A stretch of DNA of 57,661 nucleotides from an uncultured Candidatus Saccharibacteria bacterium. GTDB taxonomy: Bacteria > Patescibacteriota > Minisyncoccia > Minisyncoccales > GWA2-38-27. A program made the translations under genes and the position numbers. Numbering within the stretch: the stretch's first letter is position 1; every line of letters starts with the position of its first letter. Positions 18,269 through 28,811 of the stretch are shown in pieces. The notes under the pieces are model-generated. The model did not search any database, had not been told where the DNA came from, and was given only the letters and a program-made list of their open reading frames with translations. The stretch is taken from assembly GCA_964493085.1 (NCBI GenBank), contig CAZBLV010000006.1:1-57661 (forward strand), written 5' to 3'.

Positions 18269-19519
18269 ATGGACATTAAGAACTTTACTTCAGCAATGGC
18301 TCAAATCGCAGAAGAGAAAGGAATACCTGTAAATAAGGTAACAGAATGTATTGAAGCAGCTATTGCTGCAGCCTATAAAAAAGAATACGGAGAAAAAGGA
18401 CAGATAATCAGAGCAAAACTTGATCCGGTTACCGGCGATGTTAATTTTTGGCAGGTAAAGGAGATAGTTTCTGAAGACGCGATCTATACCGAAGAAGAAC
18501 TGGAAGAAATGAAAGAGAAGAAAAAAGAAAAAGAAGAAAGAAAGGTAAGATTTAATCCGGAAAGGCATATTCTTCTAAAAGAGGCGAAGAAGAACAACAA
18601 AAAGGCAAAAGCCGGAGAAGAAATTGAAACCCCCTTGGAAACCAAGACCCAATTCGGAAGGATTGCCGCCCAGACAGCAAAACAGGTTATTCTTCAGAAG
18701 ATAAGGGAGGAGGAGAGAAATACCATTTACTCTGAATACAAAGAAAAAGAAGGGGAGATAGTTTCAGGGGTTATCCAAAGAGTGGAAGCCCGCAATATTT
18801 TTGTGGATATTGGAAAAACCTTAGGCGTTCTTCCCAAAGAAGAAAGAGTTTATGGGGAGTTTTACAGGCCGGGCCAGAGACTGAAGTTTTATCTTTTAGA
18901 AGTGCAGGAAACCCCAAAAGGCCCTCTTGTTGTTCTTTCCCGGGCTTACCCCAAGCTTGTTTCTAAATTATTCGAACTGGAGGTGCCAGAAGTTGCCCAA
19001 GGAACAGTTGAGATAAAATCTATTGCCAGAGAGCCCGGCTCCAGAACCAAAATAGCGGTGGCAGCAAAAGAAGAAAACATAGACCCTATTGGCAGCGCAG
19101 TAGGACAAAGGGGGACCAGGGTAATGGCAGTTATTAACGAGCTTGGAGGAGAAAAGATCGATATTGTGGAATATTCGGACGATCCTGAAGAATATATCAG
19201 CAACGCCCTTTCTCCCGCCAAAATAGAAGAAGTTAAGATAAAACCCAAAAATACGGCTCTTTGCGTTGTCCCTGACGACCAGCTTTCTCTTGCTATCGGC
19301 AAAGAAGGGCAGAACGTAAGATTGGCAGCCCGCCTTACCGGATGGAAAATAGATATCAAGACTCCCGAGGGGGAGAAAATAAAAACAGCCGAGCCCGAAA
19401 AAGAAGAATCTTCTGAAATAATAGAAGAAGAAAAACCAGAGAAAGATTCTTCCCAAAAAAAGAAAACAGCAAAGAAAAAACAAACTACTAAAAAAGAGTC
19501 GTCTTCTGATAAGAAATAA
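18269..19519 (+). CDS. nusA: Transcription termination/antitermination factor NusA
   Basis: FGRIAAQTAKQVILQK, AREPGSRTK, GEKIDIV, LSLAIGKEGQNVRLAARLTGWKIDI; start placed at ATG 18269. Confidence 0.97.
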   Translation: MDIKNFTSAMAQIAEEKGIPVNKVTECIEAAIAAAYKKEYGEKGQIIRAKLDPVTGDVNFWQVKEIVSEDAIYTEEELEEMKEKKKEKEERKVRFNPERHILLKEAKKNNKKAKAGEEIETPLETKTQFGRIAAQTAKQVILQKIREEERNTIYSEYKEKEGEIVSGVIQRVEARNIFVDIGKTLGVLPKEERVYGEFYRPGQRLKFYLLEVQETPKGPLVVLSRAYPKLVSKLFELEVPEVAQGTVEIKSIAREPGSRTKIAVAAKEENIDPIGSAVGQRGTRVMAVINELGGEKIDIVEYSDDPEEYISNALSPAKIEEVKIKPKNTALCVVPDDQLSLAIGKEGQNVRLAARLTGWKIDIKTPEGEKIKTAEPEKEESSEIIEEEKPEKDSSQKKKTAKKKQTTKKESSSDKK

Positions 19520-19558
19520 TTAATCCCAGCTCCGGAAAACAGCCGGCTGGTAATACTT

Positions 19559-21547
19559 ATGTTAGATTATTTACCGATTCTTGCTTCCTTTTTAGCCATA
19601 GGTTTTGTTATTTTTCTGATTAAAGAAATCCAAAAAATGCCTGAGGGGGAAGGTAAAATGATAGAAATAGCAAAAGCAATTAGGGAGGGAGCTGCCTCTT
19701 ATTTAAAAAGACAATATAAGACGGTAGCCGCGGTGGCCATCATCCTTTTTGTTCTCTTATGGATTGCCGTGGACTTTACGACCGCCCTTGGATTTTTAAT
19801 AGGGGCCTTGCTATCTGCTCTTTCCGGATTTATCGGCATGGTTACTTCTACTCGGGCCAGTTCCAGGGTGGCAGAGGCTGCCAAGCAAAATTTAAAGAAG
19901 GCCCTAGGAGTTTCTTTTAAAAGCGGACTAGTAACAGGGCTATTGGTGGTCAGTCTTGGATTACTGGCAGTAGCAGGTTTTTACTATTTGTTCAAAGATA
20001 TTTCAGCCCTGATCGCCCTAGGCTTTGGAGCCAGCTTAATTTCGGTATTCGCAAGGCTAGGAGGAGGCATTTATACCAAGGCAGCAGATGTGGGAGCTGA
20101 TTTAGTCGGGAAAGTGGAGCAGAGAATTCCAGAAGACGATCCCCGCAACCCAGCCGTCATTGCAGACCAGGTAGGAGACAATGTCGGGGACTGCGCCGGC
20201 ATGGCAGCCGACATTTTTGAAACCTATACTGTTACAGTTACGGCCACCATGCTTTTGGGAGCCCTTCTCTTTCCCCAGAATCCCCAGTTTATCTTTTTGC
20301 CTTTAATATTAGGGGGGATATCTATTCTAGCTTCTATTATTGGAAGTTTCTTTGTTAAATTGGGGAAGAGCGGCAAGATTATGAGAGCCCTTTACAAGGG
20401 ACTGGCAGTTTCTGCTGTTCTTTCTGCAATAGGCTTTTATCCTGTAATAATGAAAATAAGCACTGAAAATCTTGTTTTTTCCACCCAAAACCTTTATTGC
20501 GCCTCGCTAGTAGGGCTATTGGTAGCAGGAGCCATGTTTGTTATTACAGAATATTATACTTCCACAAAATATAAGCCCGTGAAGGACATAGCGTCATCTT
20601 CTGAGACAGGGCATGCTACTAATATAATTGCGGGACTGGCAATAGGCATGAGGGCCACTGCCCTTCCCATCGTTGTCATTTCAGCGGGAGTTGTTATCAG
20701 TTATGCCATGGCCGGAATATACGGAGTGGCTTTAGCTGCCATGACCATGCTTTCTCTGGCAGGCATTGTGGTGGCCTTAGACGCTTATGGTCCAGTGACA
20801 GATAATGCCGGAGGGATAGCTGAAATGGCAGATTTGCCAGAAGAAGTAAGAGATACTACGGACAAGCTTGATGCTGTAGGCAACACTACTAAGGCGGTAA
20901 CTAAGGCCTATGCTATAGCATCAGCCGGTTTGGCCGCTTTAGTGCTTTTTGCAGCCTATGCCCAGGAATTAACCAACAGGGGAGCGAAAGCTGACTTTGT
21001 CTTAGAGAATCCCAAGATTATAGCAGGCCTTTTTATAGGAGGGCTTTTGCCTTATCTTTTTGCTTCTTTGGCTTTAAAGTCAGTAGGAAAGTCAGCTTCT
21101 GCCGTAGTTACTGAAGCAAGACGGCAGTTCTCGGAGATAAAAGGGCTTATTGAGGGAGAAGCTAAAGCAGACTATGGCAGGTGCGTAGACATTGTTACCA
21201 AAAGCTCTATTAAGCAAATGATAATCCCGGCCCTGATCCCTATAATTTTTCCCATTTTTGTCGGTTTGGCCTTAGGGCCCGAAGCCCTTGGAGGCCTTCT
21301 TATCGGAAGCATAGTAACAGGACTTTTTGTTGCTATTTCCATGACCACGGGCGGGGCGGCATGGGACAATGCTAAAAAGTATATAGAAGAAGGCAATTTC
21401 GGAGGCAAAGGATCCCCTGCCCATGAGGCGGCAGTGACCGGAGATACTGTAGGAGATCCCTACAAAGACACAGCCGGTCCAGCTATTAATCCGATGATCA
21501 AAGTTTTAAACATAGTAGCTTTATTAATTGTTTCTTTCTTAATTTAA
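19559..21547 (+). CDS. hppA: Membrane-bound pyrophosphatase (K+-independent H+-PPase signature)
   Basis: [35 protein letters not shown] (Lys marks the K+-independent type), [14 protein letters not shown]. Confidence 0.96.
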   Translation: MLDYLPILASFLAIGFVIFLIKEIQKMPEGEGKMIEIAKAIREGAASYLKRQYKTVAAVAIILFVLLWIAVDFTTALGFLIGALLSALSGFIGMVTSTRASSRVAEAAKQNLKKALGVSFKSGLVTGLLVVSLGLLAVAGFYYLFKDISALIALGFGASLISVFARLGGGIYTKAADVGADLVGKVEQRIPEDDPRNPAVIADQVGDNVGDCAGMAADIFETYTVTVTATMLLGALLFPQNPQFIFLPLILGGISILASIIGSFFVKLGKSGKIMRALYKGLAVSAVLSAIGFYPVIMKISTENLVFSTQNLYCASLVGLLVAGAMFVITEYYTSTKYKPVKDIASSSETGHATNIIAGLAIGMRATALPIVVISAGVVISYAMAGIYGVALAAMTMLSLAGIVVALDAYGPVTDNAGGIAEMADLPEEVRDTTDKLDAVGNTTKAVTKAYAIASAGLAALVLFAAYAQELTNRGAKADFVLENPKIIAGLFIGGLLPYLFASLALKSVGKSASAVVTEARRQFSEIKGLIEGEAKADYGRCVDIVTKSSIKQMIIPALIPIIFPIFVGLALGPEALGGLLIGSIVTGLFVAISMTTGGAAWDNAKKYIEEGNFGGKGSPAHEAAVTGDTVGDPYKDTAGPAINPMIKVLNIVALLIVSFLI

Positions 21548-21550
21548 TTT

Positions 21551-22846
21551 ATGAAGTCTGAAATTCAAAAAATTCCAAAATCACAAATAGAACTTACAGT
21601 AGAAATTTCTCCTGAAGAATTTGCGAATTACGTTGAAAAGACTGTTGACCAGCACCGGCAGAAAATAGAAATTAAGGGGTTTAGAAAAGGAAAAGCTCCC
21701 AGAGAAAAAGTGGAAGAAAAAGTGGGGAAAGAAAAGATTTTAATTGATGCAGCTGACTTAGCTGTTAAAGAAGCTTATCTCGAGGCAGCAAAAGAAAATA
21801 ATATTAAAGCAATTTCCCAGCCCAAGATAGAAGTGGAAAAAATGCCTACTCCCCAAGACTCTGGAGCCCCTTTTATTTTCAAAGCCAAGGTGGCAGTTTT
21901 CCCGGAGATTGATTTGCCGGACTACAAGAAAATAGCTTCCAAGAGCGAGAAAAAGGCTGTTAAGGTAGAAAAAGAGGACATTGAAAAAGCCCTTAAATGG
22001 CTTCAGAGGTCCAGGGTCAAGCTTTCTGCCAAGCAGGGTTCTGCAGAGAACGGGGATTTTGTAGATATTGAATACCGCTCTCCTCAAATTGCAGCCCTAA
22101 GCAAAGGCAAAAAAGATTCTTTTATTCTGGGAGAGGGCCATTTTATTCCGGGGTTTGAAGACGAATTAGTCGGCATGAAACCCGGAGAAAAGAAAACAAC
22201 TACCTTGAAGATACCTGAAAGCCATTCTTCTAAAACATTGGCAGGGAAAGAAGTTGCTTTCGAGATAGAGATGAAAAATGTTCAGAATGCAGAATTTCCC
22301 GAGCTTGACGACCAGTTTGCCAAAAATCTTGGCAAGTTCGAAACAATAGACCAGATAAGAAAGAATATAGAGCAGGGGCTTTCTGAAGAAAAAAAGCTTT
22401 CCGAAAAGCAAAGATTAAGAAACGAAATACTGGAAAACATTGCCCAGCAATCTAGCTTGGAGATTCCGGAAGAGCTAATAAATCAGGAAAAAGCAAGAAT
22501 GCTGGAAAACCTGAAAAATCAGGTTGCCCAGAGGTTCCAAATGTCTTTTGAAGAATATCTAAAGGAAATTAGAAAAACGGAAAAAGAACTACTTGATTCT
22601 TTCCAAGAAGAGGCAGAGAAGCGTCTTAGAGGAATTTTAGTGCTAATGGCTATCGGAGAAAAAGAAGGCGTGAAAGCTGAAGAAGAAGAGATAAAACAAA
22701 AAACAGACCAAATATTAAAAAATTATCCTAATCCTGAAGAAGCAAAGAAGAATATTGACCCGGAAAGATTAAAAGAGTATACTAAAGAAGAGATAAAAAA
22801 CGAAAAAACTTTGGCGGAACTTGAGAGTTTTGCCAAGGATCAATAA
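21551..22846 (+). CDS. tig: Trigger factor
   Basis: GFRKGKAP ribosome-binding motif, FKBP-like [11 protein letters not shown]; adjacent to clpP. Confidence 0.95.
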   Translation: MKSEIQKIPKSQIELTVEISPEEFANYVEKTVDQHRQKIEIKGFRKGKAPREKVEEKVGKEKILIDAADLAVKEAYLEAAKENNIKAISQPKIEVEKMPTPQDSGAPFIFKAKVAVFPEIDLPDYKKIASKSEKKAVKVEKEDIEKALKWLQRSRVKLSAKQGSAENGDFVDIEYRSPQIAALSKGKKDSFILGEGHFIPGFEDELVGMKPGEKKTTTLKIPESHSSKTLAGKEVAFEIEMKNVQNAEFPELDDQFAKNLGKFETIDQIRKNIEQGLSEEKKLSEKQRLRNEILENIAQQSSLEIPEELINQEKARMLENLKNQVAQRFQMSFEEYLKEIRKTEKELLDSFQEEAEKRLRGILVLMAIGEKEGVKAEEEEIKQKTDQILKNYPNPEEAKKNIDPERLKEYTKEEIKNEKTLAELESFAKDQ

Positions 22847-22850
22847 GGTC

Positions 22851-23435
22851 ATGAATTTAATACCCACTGTTTTAGAGAAAACTAAAAGCGGAGAAAGAGC
22901 ATACGATATATATTCACGGCTTTTGAAAGAAAGAATTATCTTTTTGTCAGGGATTGTTACTGACAATCTGGCCAATTCTGTTATTGCCCAGATGCTTTTT
23001 TTAACCAGCAAAGATCCCAAGAAAGACATTCAGCTTTATATCAACAGCCCCGGAGGCTCGGTAACTGCCGGTTTAGCAATTTACGACACCATGCAGTACG
23101 TCAAAGCCCCGGTTGCCACCATCTGTTTTGGGCTAGCGGGGTCTATGGGAGCTGTATTGCTGGCGTCTGGAGCGAAGAAGAAAAGGTTTGCCTTGCCAAA
23201 CACAGAGGTTCTCCTCCATCAAGTGGCAGGCGGAGCCACAGGCCAGGCAGTTGAAGTAGAGATTACAGCCAAACAGATTATCAAGATAAAAAACAAGCTG
23301 AACAAAATCTTGGCAGAGCACACAGGGCAGCCTTTGTCCAAGATAGAAAAAGACACTGACAGAGATTTTTACCTCACCGCCAATGAGGCAAAAAGCTATG
23401 GCATAATTGACGAGATAATCAAAGGGAAGAGATAA
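22851..23435 (+). CDS. clpP: ATP-dependent Clp protease proteolytic subunit
   Basis: [27 protein letters not shown] (Ser), LLHQ (His), DRD; start placed at ATG 22851. Confidence 0.97.
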   Translation: MNLIPTVLEKTKSGERAYDIYSRLLKERIIFLSGIVTDNLANSVIAQMLFLTSKDPKKDIQLYINSPGGSVTAGLAIYDTMQYVKAPVATICFGLAGSMGAVLLASGAKKKRFALPNTEVLLHQVAGGATGQAVEVEITAKQIIKIKNKLNKILAEHTGQPLSKIEKDTDRDFYLTANEAKSYGIIDEIIKGKR

Positions 23436-23509
23436 AATCTACTAAAACCATCTTTCTTTTAAAAGCCGCTCTTATCCGGAACGGCGGGTTTTGATAAATA
23501 ATTAAAAAT

Positions 23510-25039
23510 ATGACAAACCTAATATTCCTCATAATCGCAGTTGGCTCCTTAACAGCAGGGGCTATTCTTGGCTATTTCGCCAGACAGTCCATTGCCAAAA
23601 AACAAGCCAACACGATTGAGGCAAAACTTCACAAAAGGATATTACAGACAAAGAAAGACGCAGAAGAGCTGACCCAGAAAGCCAAAGAAAGGGCCAGAAA
23701 TCTTCTGGAAAAAGCCAAGAGAGAGACAGAGCGGAGGAGCAAGGCTTTGTTCGAGAGCGAGCAGCTTTTGCTGAAAAGGGAAAATGCCGTTTCAGACAAA
23801 GCATCCAAATTAGAAGAAAGAGAAAAAGTTCTAGAGAATAAAATAGCAGAAGTTAAAAGGATAAAGAATAAAGCAGAAGAATTAAGGGAAAAGGCCACTG
23901 AAAGGCTGGAAAAACTGGCCGAGATGACAAAAACAGAAGCTAAAGACGCCCTTTTAAAAAATTTGGAAGACGAGTACAAAAAAGACCTTTTAGACAGAAT
24001 GAAGAGACTGGAGACAGAAGGGCTGGAAAGTTACGAGAAAAAAGCCAGAGAGATTCTTGCCCAAGCTATCCAAAAATACGGCTTACCCCAAACTCAGGAG
24101 ATTACTACCACTAATGTCAATCTTCCCTCTGACGAGATAAAAGGGAGAGTTATCGGGAAGGAGGGGAGAAATATTAAGACTTTGGAGAAGCTGACAGGGG
24201 TGGATATAATAATTGACGACACGCCGGAGGCAGTGACTATTTCGGGATTCGATCCTGTTAGACGCCATATAGCCAAAGAGTCTTTGGAAAGGCTGGTTAG
24301 GGACGGAAGGATACAGCCTGCCCGCATTGAGGAGACGGTAGAAAATGTAAAAAATGAGATTGTCAGCGAAATTAAAAAAGCCGGAGAGAGAGCAATTTAC
24401 GAAACCGGGATTATAAACCTTGACCCCAAAATTATACAGCTTTTAGGAAGATTGAAGTTTAGGACCAGCTACGGACAGAATGTTCTTCTCCACTCTATTG
24501 AGGTTTCCCATTTAGCAGGAGCTATAGCAGAAGAGATAGGAGCTGACGCTAAGGTAGCCAGAAAAGCGGGTCTTTTGCATGACATCGGAAAAGCAGTTGA
24601 CCACCAGATCGAAGGGTCTCATGTTAATATCGGAATTAAAGTTCTAGAAAAGTTTGGCGTAGAAAAAGAAGTGATAGTTGCTATGAAATCTCACCATGAA
24701 GAATATCCTTATGAAAGCCTGGAAGCCGTTGTCGTTCAAACAGCAGACCAGATCTCCGGCGCCAGGCCTGGCGCTAGAAAAGACAGCTTGGAAAATTATT
24801 TGAGAAGACTGTCAGAGCTGGAAAATATCGCTGCTAATTTCTCCGGAGTGGAAAAAGCCTATGCCATACAGGCGGGACGCGAAATCAGGGTGTTTGTAAG
24901 GCCGGAAGAGGTCGATGACTACAGGGCCAAAAAAATGGCTAAAGAAATAGCCAAACAGATTCAAGAAGAATTGAAGTATCCCGGAGAAATAAAGGTGGTA
25001 GTGGTCAGGGAAAACAGGGCCATAGAATATGCTAAATAA
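23510..25039 (+). CDS. rny: Ribonuclease Y
   Basis: N-terminal TM, coiled coil, KH domain (KGRVIGKEGRNI), HD domain (LLHDIGK), YAIQAGREIRV. Confidence 0.97.
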   Translation: MTNLIFLIIAVGSLTAGAILGYFARQSIAKKQANTIEAKLHKRILQTKKDAEELTQKAKERARNLLEKAKRETERRSKALFESEQLLLKRENAVSDKASKLEEREKVLENKIAEVKRIKNKAEELREKATERLEKLAEMTKTEAKDALLKNLEDEYKKDLLDRMKRLETEGLESYEKKAREILAQAIQKYGLPQTQEITTTNVNLPSDEIKGRVIGKEGRNIKTLEKLTGVDIIIDDTPEAVTISGFDPVRRHIAKESLERLVRDGRIQPARIEETVENVKNEIVSEIKKAGERAIYETGIINLDPKIIQLLGRLKFRTSYGQNVLLHSIEVSHLAGAIAEEIGADAKVARKAGLLHDIGKAVDHQIEGSHVNIGIKVLEKFGVEKEVIVAMKSHHEEYPYESLEAVVVQTADQISGARPGARKDSLENYLRRLSELENIAANFSGVEKAYAIQAGREIRVFVRPEEVDDYRAKKMAKEIAKQIQEELKYPGEIKVVVVRENRAIEYAK

Positions 25040-25070
25040 AAAAACACCCCGCTTTTCAGCGGGGCGTTTT
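25040..25070. terminator. Bidirectional intrinsic terminator
   Basis: AAAACACCCCGC-TTTTCA-GCGGGGCGTTTT between convergent genes. Confidence 0.8.
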
Positions 25071-25410
25071 ATTCCTGCTTTTTGTAAAATATCTGGTGCC
25101 AGCTTTTATCTGTGTACAAATCGTGGAAGATTACCCCTCCTATAATTCCTAACGGAAGAAAAGAAAGGGAAGAAACAACAGCAAAAACTCCCATCAACAG
25201 AGTGCCTGTGATCCAATGATGGACATGAATTCTCCAGTTCCCTATTTTCAAAACCAGGCTTTTTACTCTGCCAGTTTTGTGGTAGCGCCTGAGAAATATC
25301 TCGGTGGCGCCGTATCCGATGATTACTCCTGCCGCCAGAAGAGACGACACATACAGAGAAGCTGAAAGGGCCAGTCCCGGGAATATGTATTTTTTTGCCT
25401 TTTTTCCCAT
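25069..25410 (-). CDS. Small membrane protein with HxHH motif
   Basis: ATG 25410 lies 6 nt after the tRNA-Gly CCA; hydrophobic helices; RIHVHHW...IFHD. Confidence 0.75.
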   Translation of the reverse strand: MGKKAKKYIFPGLALSASLYVSSLLAAGVIIGYGATEIFLRRYHKTGRVKSLVLKIGNWRIHVHHWITGTLLMGVFAVVSSLSFLPLGIIGGVIFHDLYTDKSWHQIFYKKQE

Positions 25411-25416
25411 ATTTTT

Positions 25417-25491
25417 TGGAGCGGGTGAGCGGATTCGAACCGCCATCTTTTCCTTGGAAGGGAAAAATAATAGCCATTATACGACACCCGC
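25417..25491 (-). tRNA. tRNA-Gly (TCC)
   Basis: GCGGGTG acceptor, anticodon loop CTTCCAA, GTTCGAATC T-loop, encoded CCA. Confidence 0.95.
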
Positions 25492-25497
25492 AGCTAT

Positions 25498-25571
25498 TGG
25501 TCGGAGAACCGGGATTCGAACCCGGACTAAATCCTCCCAAAGGACTCGTGCTGCCATTACACTATTCTCCG
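25498..25571 (-). tRNA. tRNA-Pro (TGG)
   Basis: CGGAGAA/TTCTCCG acceptor, A73, anticodon loop TTTGGGA, encoded CCA. Confidence 0.93.
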
Positions 25572-25597
25572 GATTCTTTTCCCTTCAAAGTCTGTAA

Positions 25598-25625
25598 ACT
25601 ATAACAAAATATAGCATTTTATCAA
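25598..25625 (-). promoter_or_regulatory. Promoter of the tRNA-Pro/tRNA-Gly unit
   Basis: TTGATA-N16-TATAGT with TG extension on the minus strand. Confidence 0.55.
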
Positions 25626-25687
25626 CTTCTGGTCAATCGCCAAAGGTCTATGTTATAATAACTGAAGAGGTTTAAATATTTTAAAAA

Positions 25688-26635
25688 ATGAAAATTTTAA
25701 AGAAGATAAATATTTTTTCCGAATGCCACGATTACGGCATTCCTCTTTGGCAATGTCCCCAATTTCTTTTTACAATAATGGGGCTTGTTATAATATTTAC
25801 GATTATAGTCTCCTATCTGATCGGAGTCCAGTTTATTGCAGATCCTGCCATTGTTTTCCTGATCAACGCTGCTATAACTATTATTCTTCTTTTAATTTCT
25901 TTTACTATCACAAAGACTTTTGAAAGAGTGGTAGAGGCCTCCCGGATGAAATCAGAATTTATTAATATCGCCTCTCACCAGCTGAGAGCCCCCCTAACAA
26001 ATTTAAAATGGGGGATTGAGTTTTTGGGAATAGAAAAAATAGATCTTTCCAGAGAGAAAAAGGAGGAATATTTTAATAATCTTCAAGAAAACGTAGCTCG
26101 GATGGTGGAACTGGTAGATGACCTTTTGGTGGTTTCCCGTCTTGAAAGAGAAGCTTTGCCTGATATTAAAAAAGAGATTGACCTTAAGGAAGTAGTCAAG
26201 CGGCTGATTTCCCGGTTTGAAATTTTTGCCGAAGCTTCTAATGTTAAGCTGGAAATAGTGGCAGACCCAGATCTCCCTAAAATATTTATGGATCTTTCCC
26301 AGCTCAAGCTTATTGTAGAAAACCTTATTGACAATGCGATCCGTTATTCCAAAAGAAAAGGAGAGGTTAAAATTTATTTAAAAAGGGAAAACAAATACTA
26401 TAATCTTTTAGCGATTCAAGATAAGGGCATGGGGATTCCAAAGGAAGAAGAAAAGCATATTTTCCAGAAGTTTTTCCGGGCCCAAAATGCCAACAACCAT
26501 AAAACCAGAGGATCCGGTTTAGGGCTGTATGTAGTCAAGTCTATTGTCGAAAAAGCCGGAGGGAAAATTTGGTTTAAGTCAAAGGAAGGCAAAGGGACAA
26601 CTTTTTTCGTTACTTTGCCAATAAAAACAAAATAG
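25688..26635 (+). CDS. Two-TM sensor histidine kinase
   Basis: ASHQLRAPLT, NLIDNAIRY, DKGMGI, GSGLGL, GKGTTF. Confidence 0.92.
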   Translation: MKILKKINIFSECHDYGIPLWQCPQFLFTIMGLVIIFTIIVSYLIGVQFIADPAIVFLINAAITIILLLISFTITKTFERVVEASRMKSEFINIASHQLRAPLTNLKWGIEFLGIEKIDLSREKKEEYFNNLQENVARMVELVDDLLVVSRLEREALPDIKKEIDLKEVVKRLISRFEIFAEASNVKLEIVADPDLPKIFMDLSQLKLIVENLIDNAIRYSKRKGEVKIYLKRENKYYNLLAIQDKGMGIPKEEEKHIFQKFFRAQNANNHKTRGSGLGLYVVKSIVEKAGGKIWFKSKEGKGTTFFVTLPIKTK

Positions 26636-26681
26636 TATTGAAGCAGAAAAAACCCTTAGCGTTGATCTGTTTCAACAAAAA

Positions 26682-27047
26682 ATGGCAAAAATATTATTTG
26701 TAGAGGACGAACAGTCTCTCCAGAAAACCTTCGGAGATCTTTTAAGAAAAGAAGGATACGAAGTGGTCAGCGCCTTGAACGGGGAAATAGGCCTTCGATT
26801 GGCAAAAAGCGAAAAGCCTGACCTTATACTTCTTGATTTAATCCTTCCTCAAAAAGACGGCTTCCAAGTATTAAAAGAGCTGAAGAAAGAAGAGGCAACA
26901 AAAGATATTCCTGTTCTTATTCTGACTAATTTGGAAAGCCCTTCTGATGTGGAAAAAGCTATTAATCTCGGGGCTGCCACTTTTTTGGTTAAGACTAATT
27001 ACCGCCTCGAGGAAATATTAGAGAAGATTAAAAAGAACGTTCAATAA
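26682..27047 (+). CDS. Single-domain response regulator
   Basis: VEDE, LLDLILP, ILTN, FLVK. Confidence 0.92.
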   Translation: MAKILFVEDEQSLQKTFGDLLRKEGYEVVSALNGEIGLRLAKSEKPDLILLDLILPQKDGFQVLKELKKEEATKDIPVLILTNLESPSDVEKAINLGAATFLVKTNYRLEEILEKIKKNVQ

Positions 27048-27053
27048 AGAAAT

Positions 27054-28802
27054 ATGAGAGTAGAGCCGGAAAGACTAAAAGCCTTTCTCGTAGACTCTAA
27101 TCTGGTTAGCGGAAAAGAGTTTGACAAGGCCTTTAAAAAAGCAAAGAAAGCAGGCAAAGAGGTGGACGATGTTTTAGTTTCAGAAGGAGTGATCAGCGCC
27201 CAAAAGCTTGCTGAAATGAAAGCCTATATCCTAGGCATTCCTTTTGTTGACTTAAAAGGGAGAGATATTCCCTCAGAGATCCTTAAAATAATTCCAGAGC
27301 CAATTGCCAGAAGGCACAACATCATTGTTTTTAACAAAGACGGGAAAAAGCTGGAAGTAGCCATGCTTGATCCGGAAGACTTAAGGACGATAGAGTTTAT
27401 TAAAAAGAAAGCCGGCTTAAAAATTTTGCCACGGCTTACTACAGAAGAAAGCATTAAGGAAGCGCTTAAGCAATACCAGGAAACCCTGGAAGCTGAATTC
27501 GGGGAAATTATTAAAAAAGAGGCCGGAGGGGTTAAGGCAGTAAGGAAAGAAGGAAAAAAAGAGGAAAGGGAAGATTTGAGGAAGGCAGCAGAAGAGCTTC
27601 CGGTTATAAGGATCGTTGATACTTTGATCAAACATGCTGTTTTGCAGCGGGCTTCGGATATTCATATAGAGCCTACAGAAAAAGAAGTTATTGTTCGTTA
27701 CCGGATAGACGGCATTTTGCACGATGCCATGGTTCTGCCTAAGTCGGTAAGCTCCGGAGTGGTGGCCAGAATAAAGGTGTTAGCCGATTTAAAGCTTGAC
27801 GAGCACCGCCTTCCTCAGGACGGGAGGTTCAAAGTTGAAACCGACGAATACAGGTATTCCGTGCGCGTTTCTATTCTTCCGGTGCACGATGGGGAAAAAA
27901 TCGTAATGAGGCTGCTGTCAGAGACCGCTAAAACCTTTTCTTTAGAAGAGCTGGGTTTCCGCGGAGAGGCCCTGGAAATCGTCCAGCAGAACATCAAAAA
28001 ACCGGTAGGCATGATGCTGGTCACGGGTCCTACCGGATCAGGCAAGACAACTACTCTTTATACCATAATGGAAATTTTGAACGATCCATCGGTTAATATT
28101 TCCACAGTAGAAGATCCTATTGAATACAGAATGCCCAGGATTAATCAGACTCAGGTGAAGCCTTCCATAGGTTTTGATTTTGCTTCAGGCCTTAGGTCTT
28201 TAGTGAGGCAGGATCCAGACGTTATTATGGTCGGGGAAATCAGAGACAACGAAACCGCCGGCCTGGCAATTAATGCGGCTCTTACCGGCCACTTGGTTTT
28301 ATCTACCCTGCATACCACTGACGCAGCCGGCGCCATTCCTCGCTTAATAGACATGGGAGCTGAGCCCTTTCTTATTTCTTCTACTGTTAATATGATTATT
28401 GCCCAAAGGCTGGTAAGAAGGCTGTGCCCGAGCAGAGAAAAATACCGCTTAAAAGATTCGGACTTAAAAAATCTGAAAAAATACTGCGACTTAGAAAGAA
28501 TTACCAATATTCTAAGAAAAGAAAAAATTATAGAAGAAAATCAGGACCTCAAAGACATTGACTTTTACAAGCCCAAAAAATCCAATGACTGTCTCGAAGG
28601 ATACAAGGGAAGAATAGGGATATACGAGGTTTTAAGCGTTTCAGAAAGCATAAAAAATCTAATAGCGAAATCCGCTACTGCCGATCAAGTCCAGAAACAG
28701 GCTCAGGAGGAGGGAATGAGAACAATGGTGGAAGACGGGTTTATTAAGGCAGTCGAGGGCCTTACTTCCATAGAGGAGGTCTTGAGAGTAATATCAGAAT
28801 AA
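27054..28802 (+). CDS. pilB: Type IV pilus assembly ATPase PilB/GspE
   Basis: ASDIHIEP, RLPQDGR, GPTGSGKTTT, EDPIEY, RQDPDVIMVGEIRD, TGHLVLSTLH. Confidence 0.95.
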   Translation: MRVEPERLKAFLVDSNLVSGKEFDKAFKKAKKAGKEVDDVLVSEGVISAQKLAEMKAYILGIPFVDLKGRDIPSEILKIIPEPIARRHNIIVFNKDGKKLEVAMLDPEDLRTIEFIKKKAGLKILPRLTTEESIKEALKQYQETLEAEFGEIIKKEAGGVKAVRKEGKKEEREDLRKAAEELPVIRIVDTLIKHAVLQRASDIHIEPTEKEVIVRYRIDGILHDAMVLPKSVSSGVVARIKVLADLKLDEHRLPQDGRFKVETDEYRYSVRVSILPVHDGEKIVMRLLSETAKTFSLEELGFRGEALEIVQQNIKKPVGMMLVTGPTGSGKTTTLYTIMEILNDPSVNISTVEDPIEYRMPRINQTQVKPSIGFDFASGLRSLVRQDPDVIMVGEIRDNETAGLAINAALTGHLVLSTLHTTDAAGAIPRLIDMGAEPFLISSTVNMIIAQRLVRRLCPSREKYRLKDSDLKNLKKYCDLERITNILRKEKIIEENQDLKDIDFYKPKKSNDCLEGYKGRIGIYEVLSVSESIKNLIAKSATADQVQKQAQEEGMRTMVEDGFIKAVEGLTSIEEVLRVISE

Positions 28803-28811
28803 CATTTTATT

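Noticed and set aside
25106..25604. Track ORFs 25106-25540, 25304-25597, 25395-25604 and the extended start at 25446
   Set aside because: They overlap tRNA-Pro/tRNA-Gly and are shadow translations.
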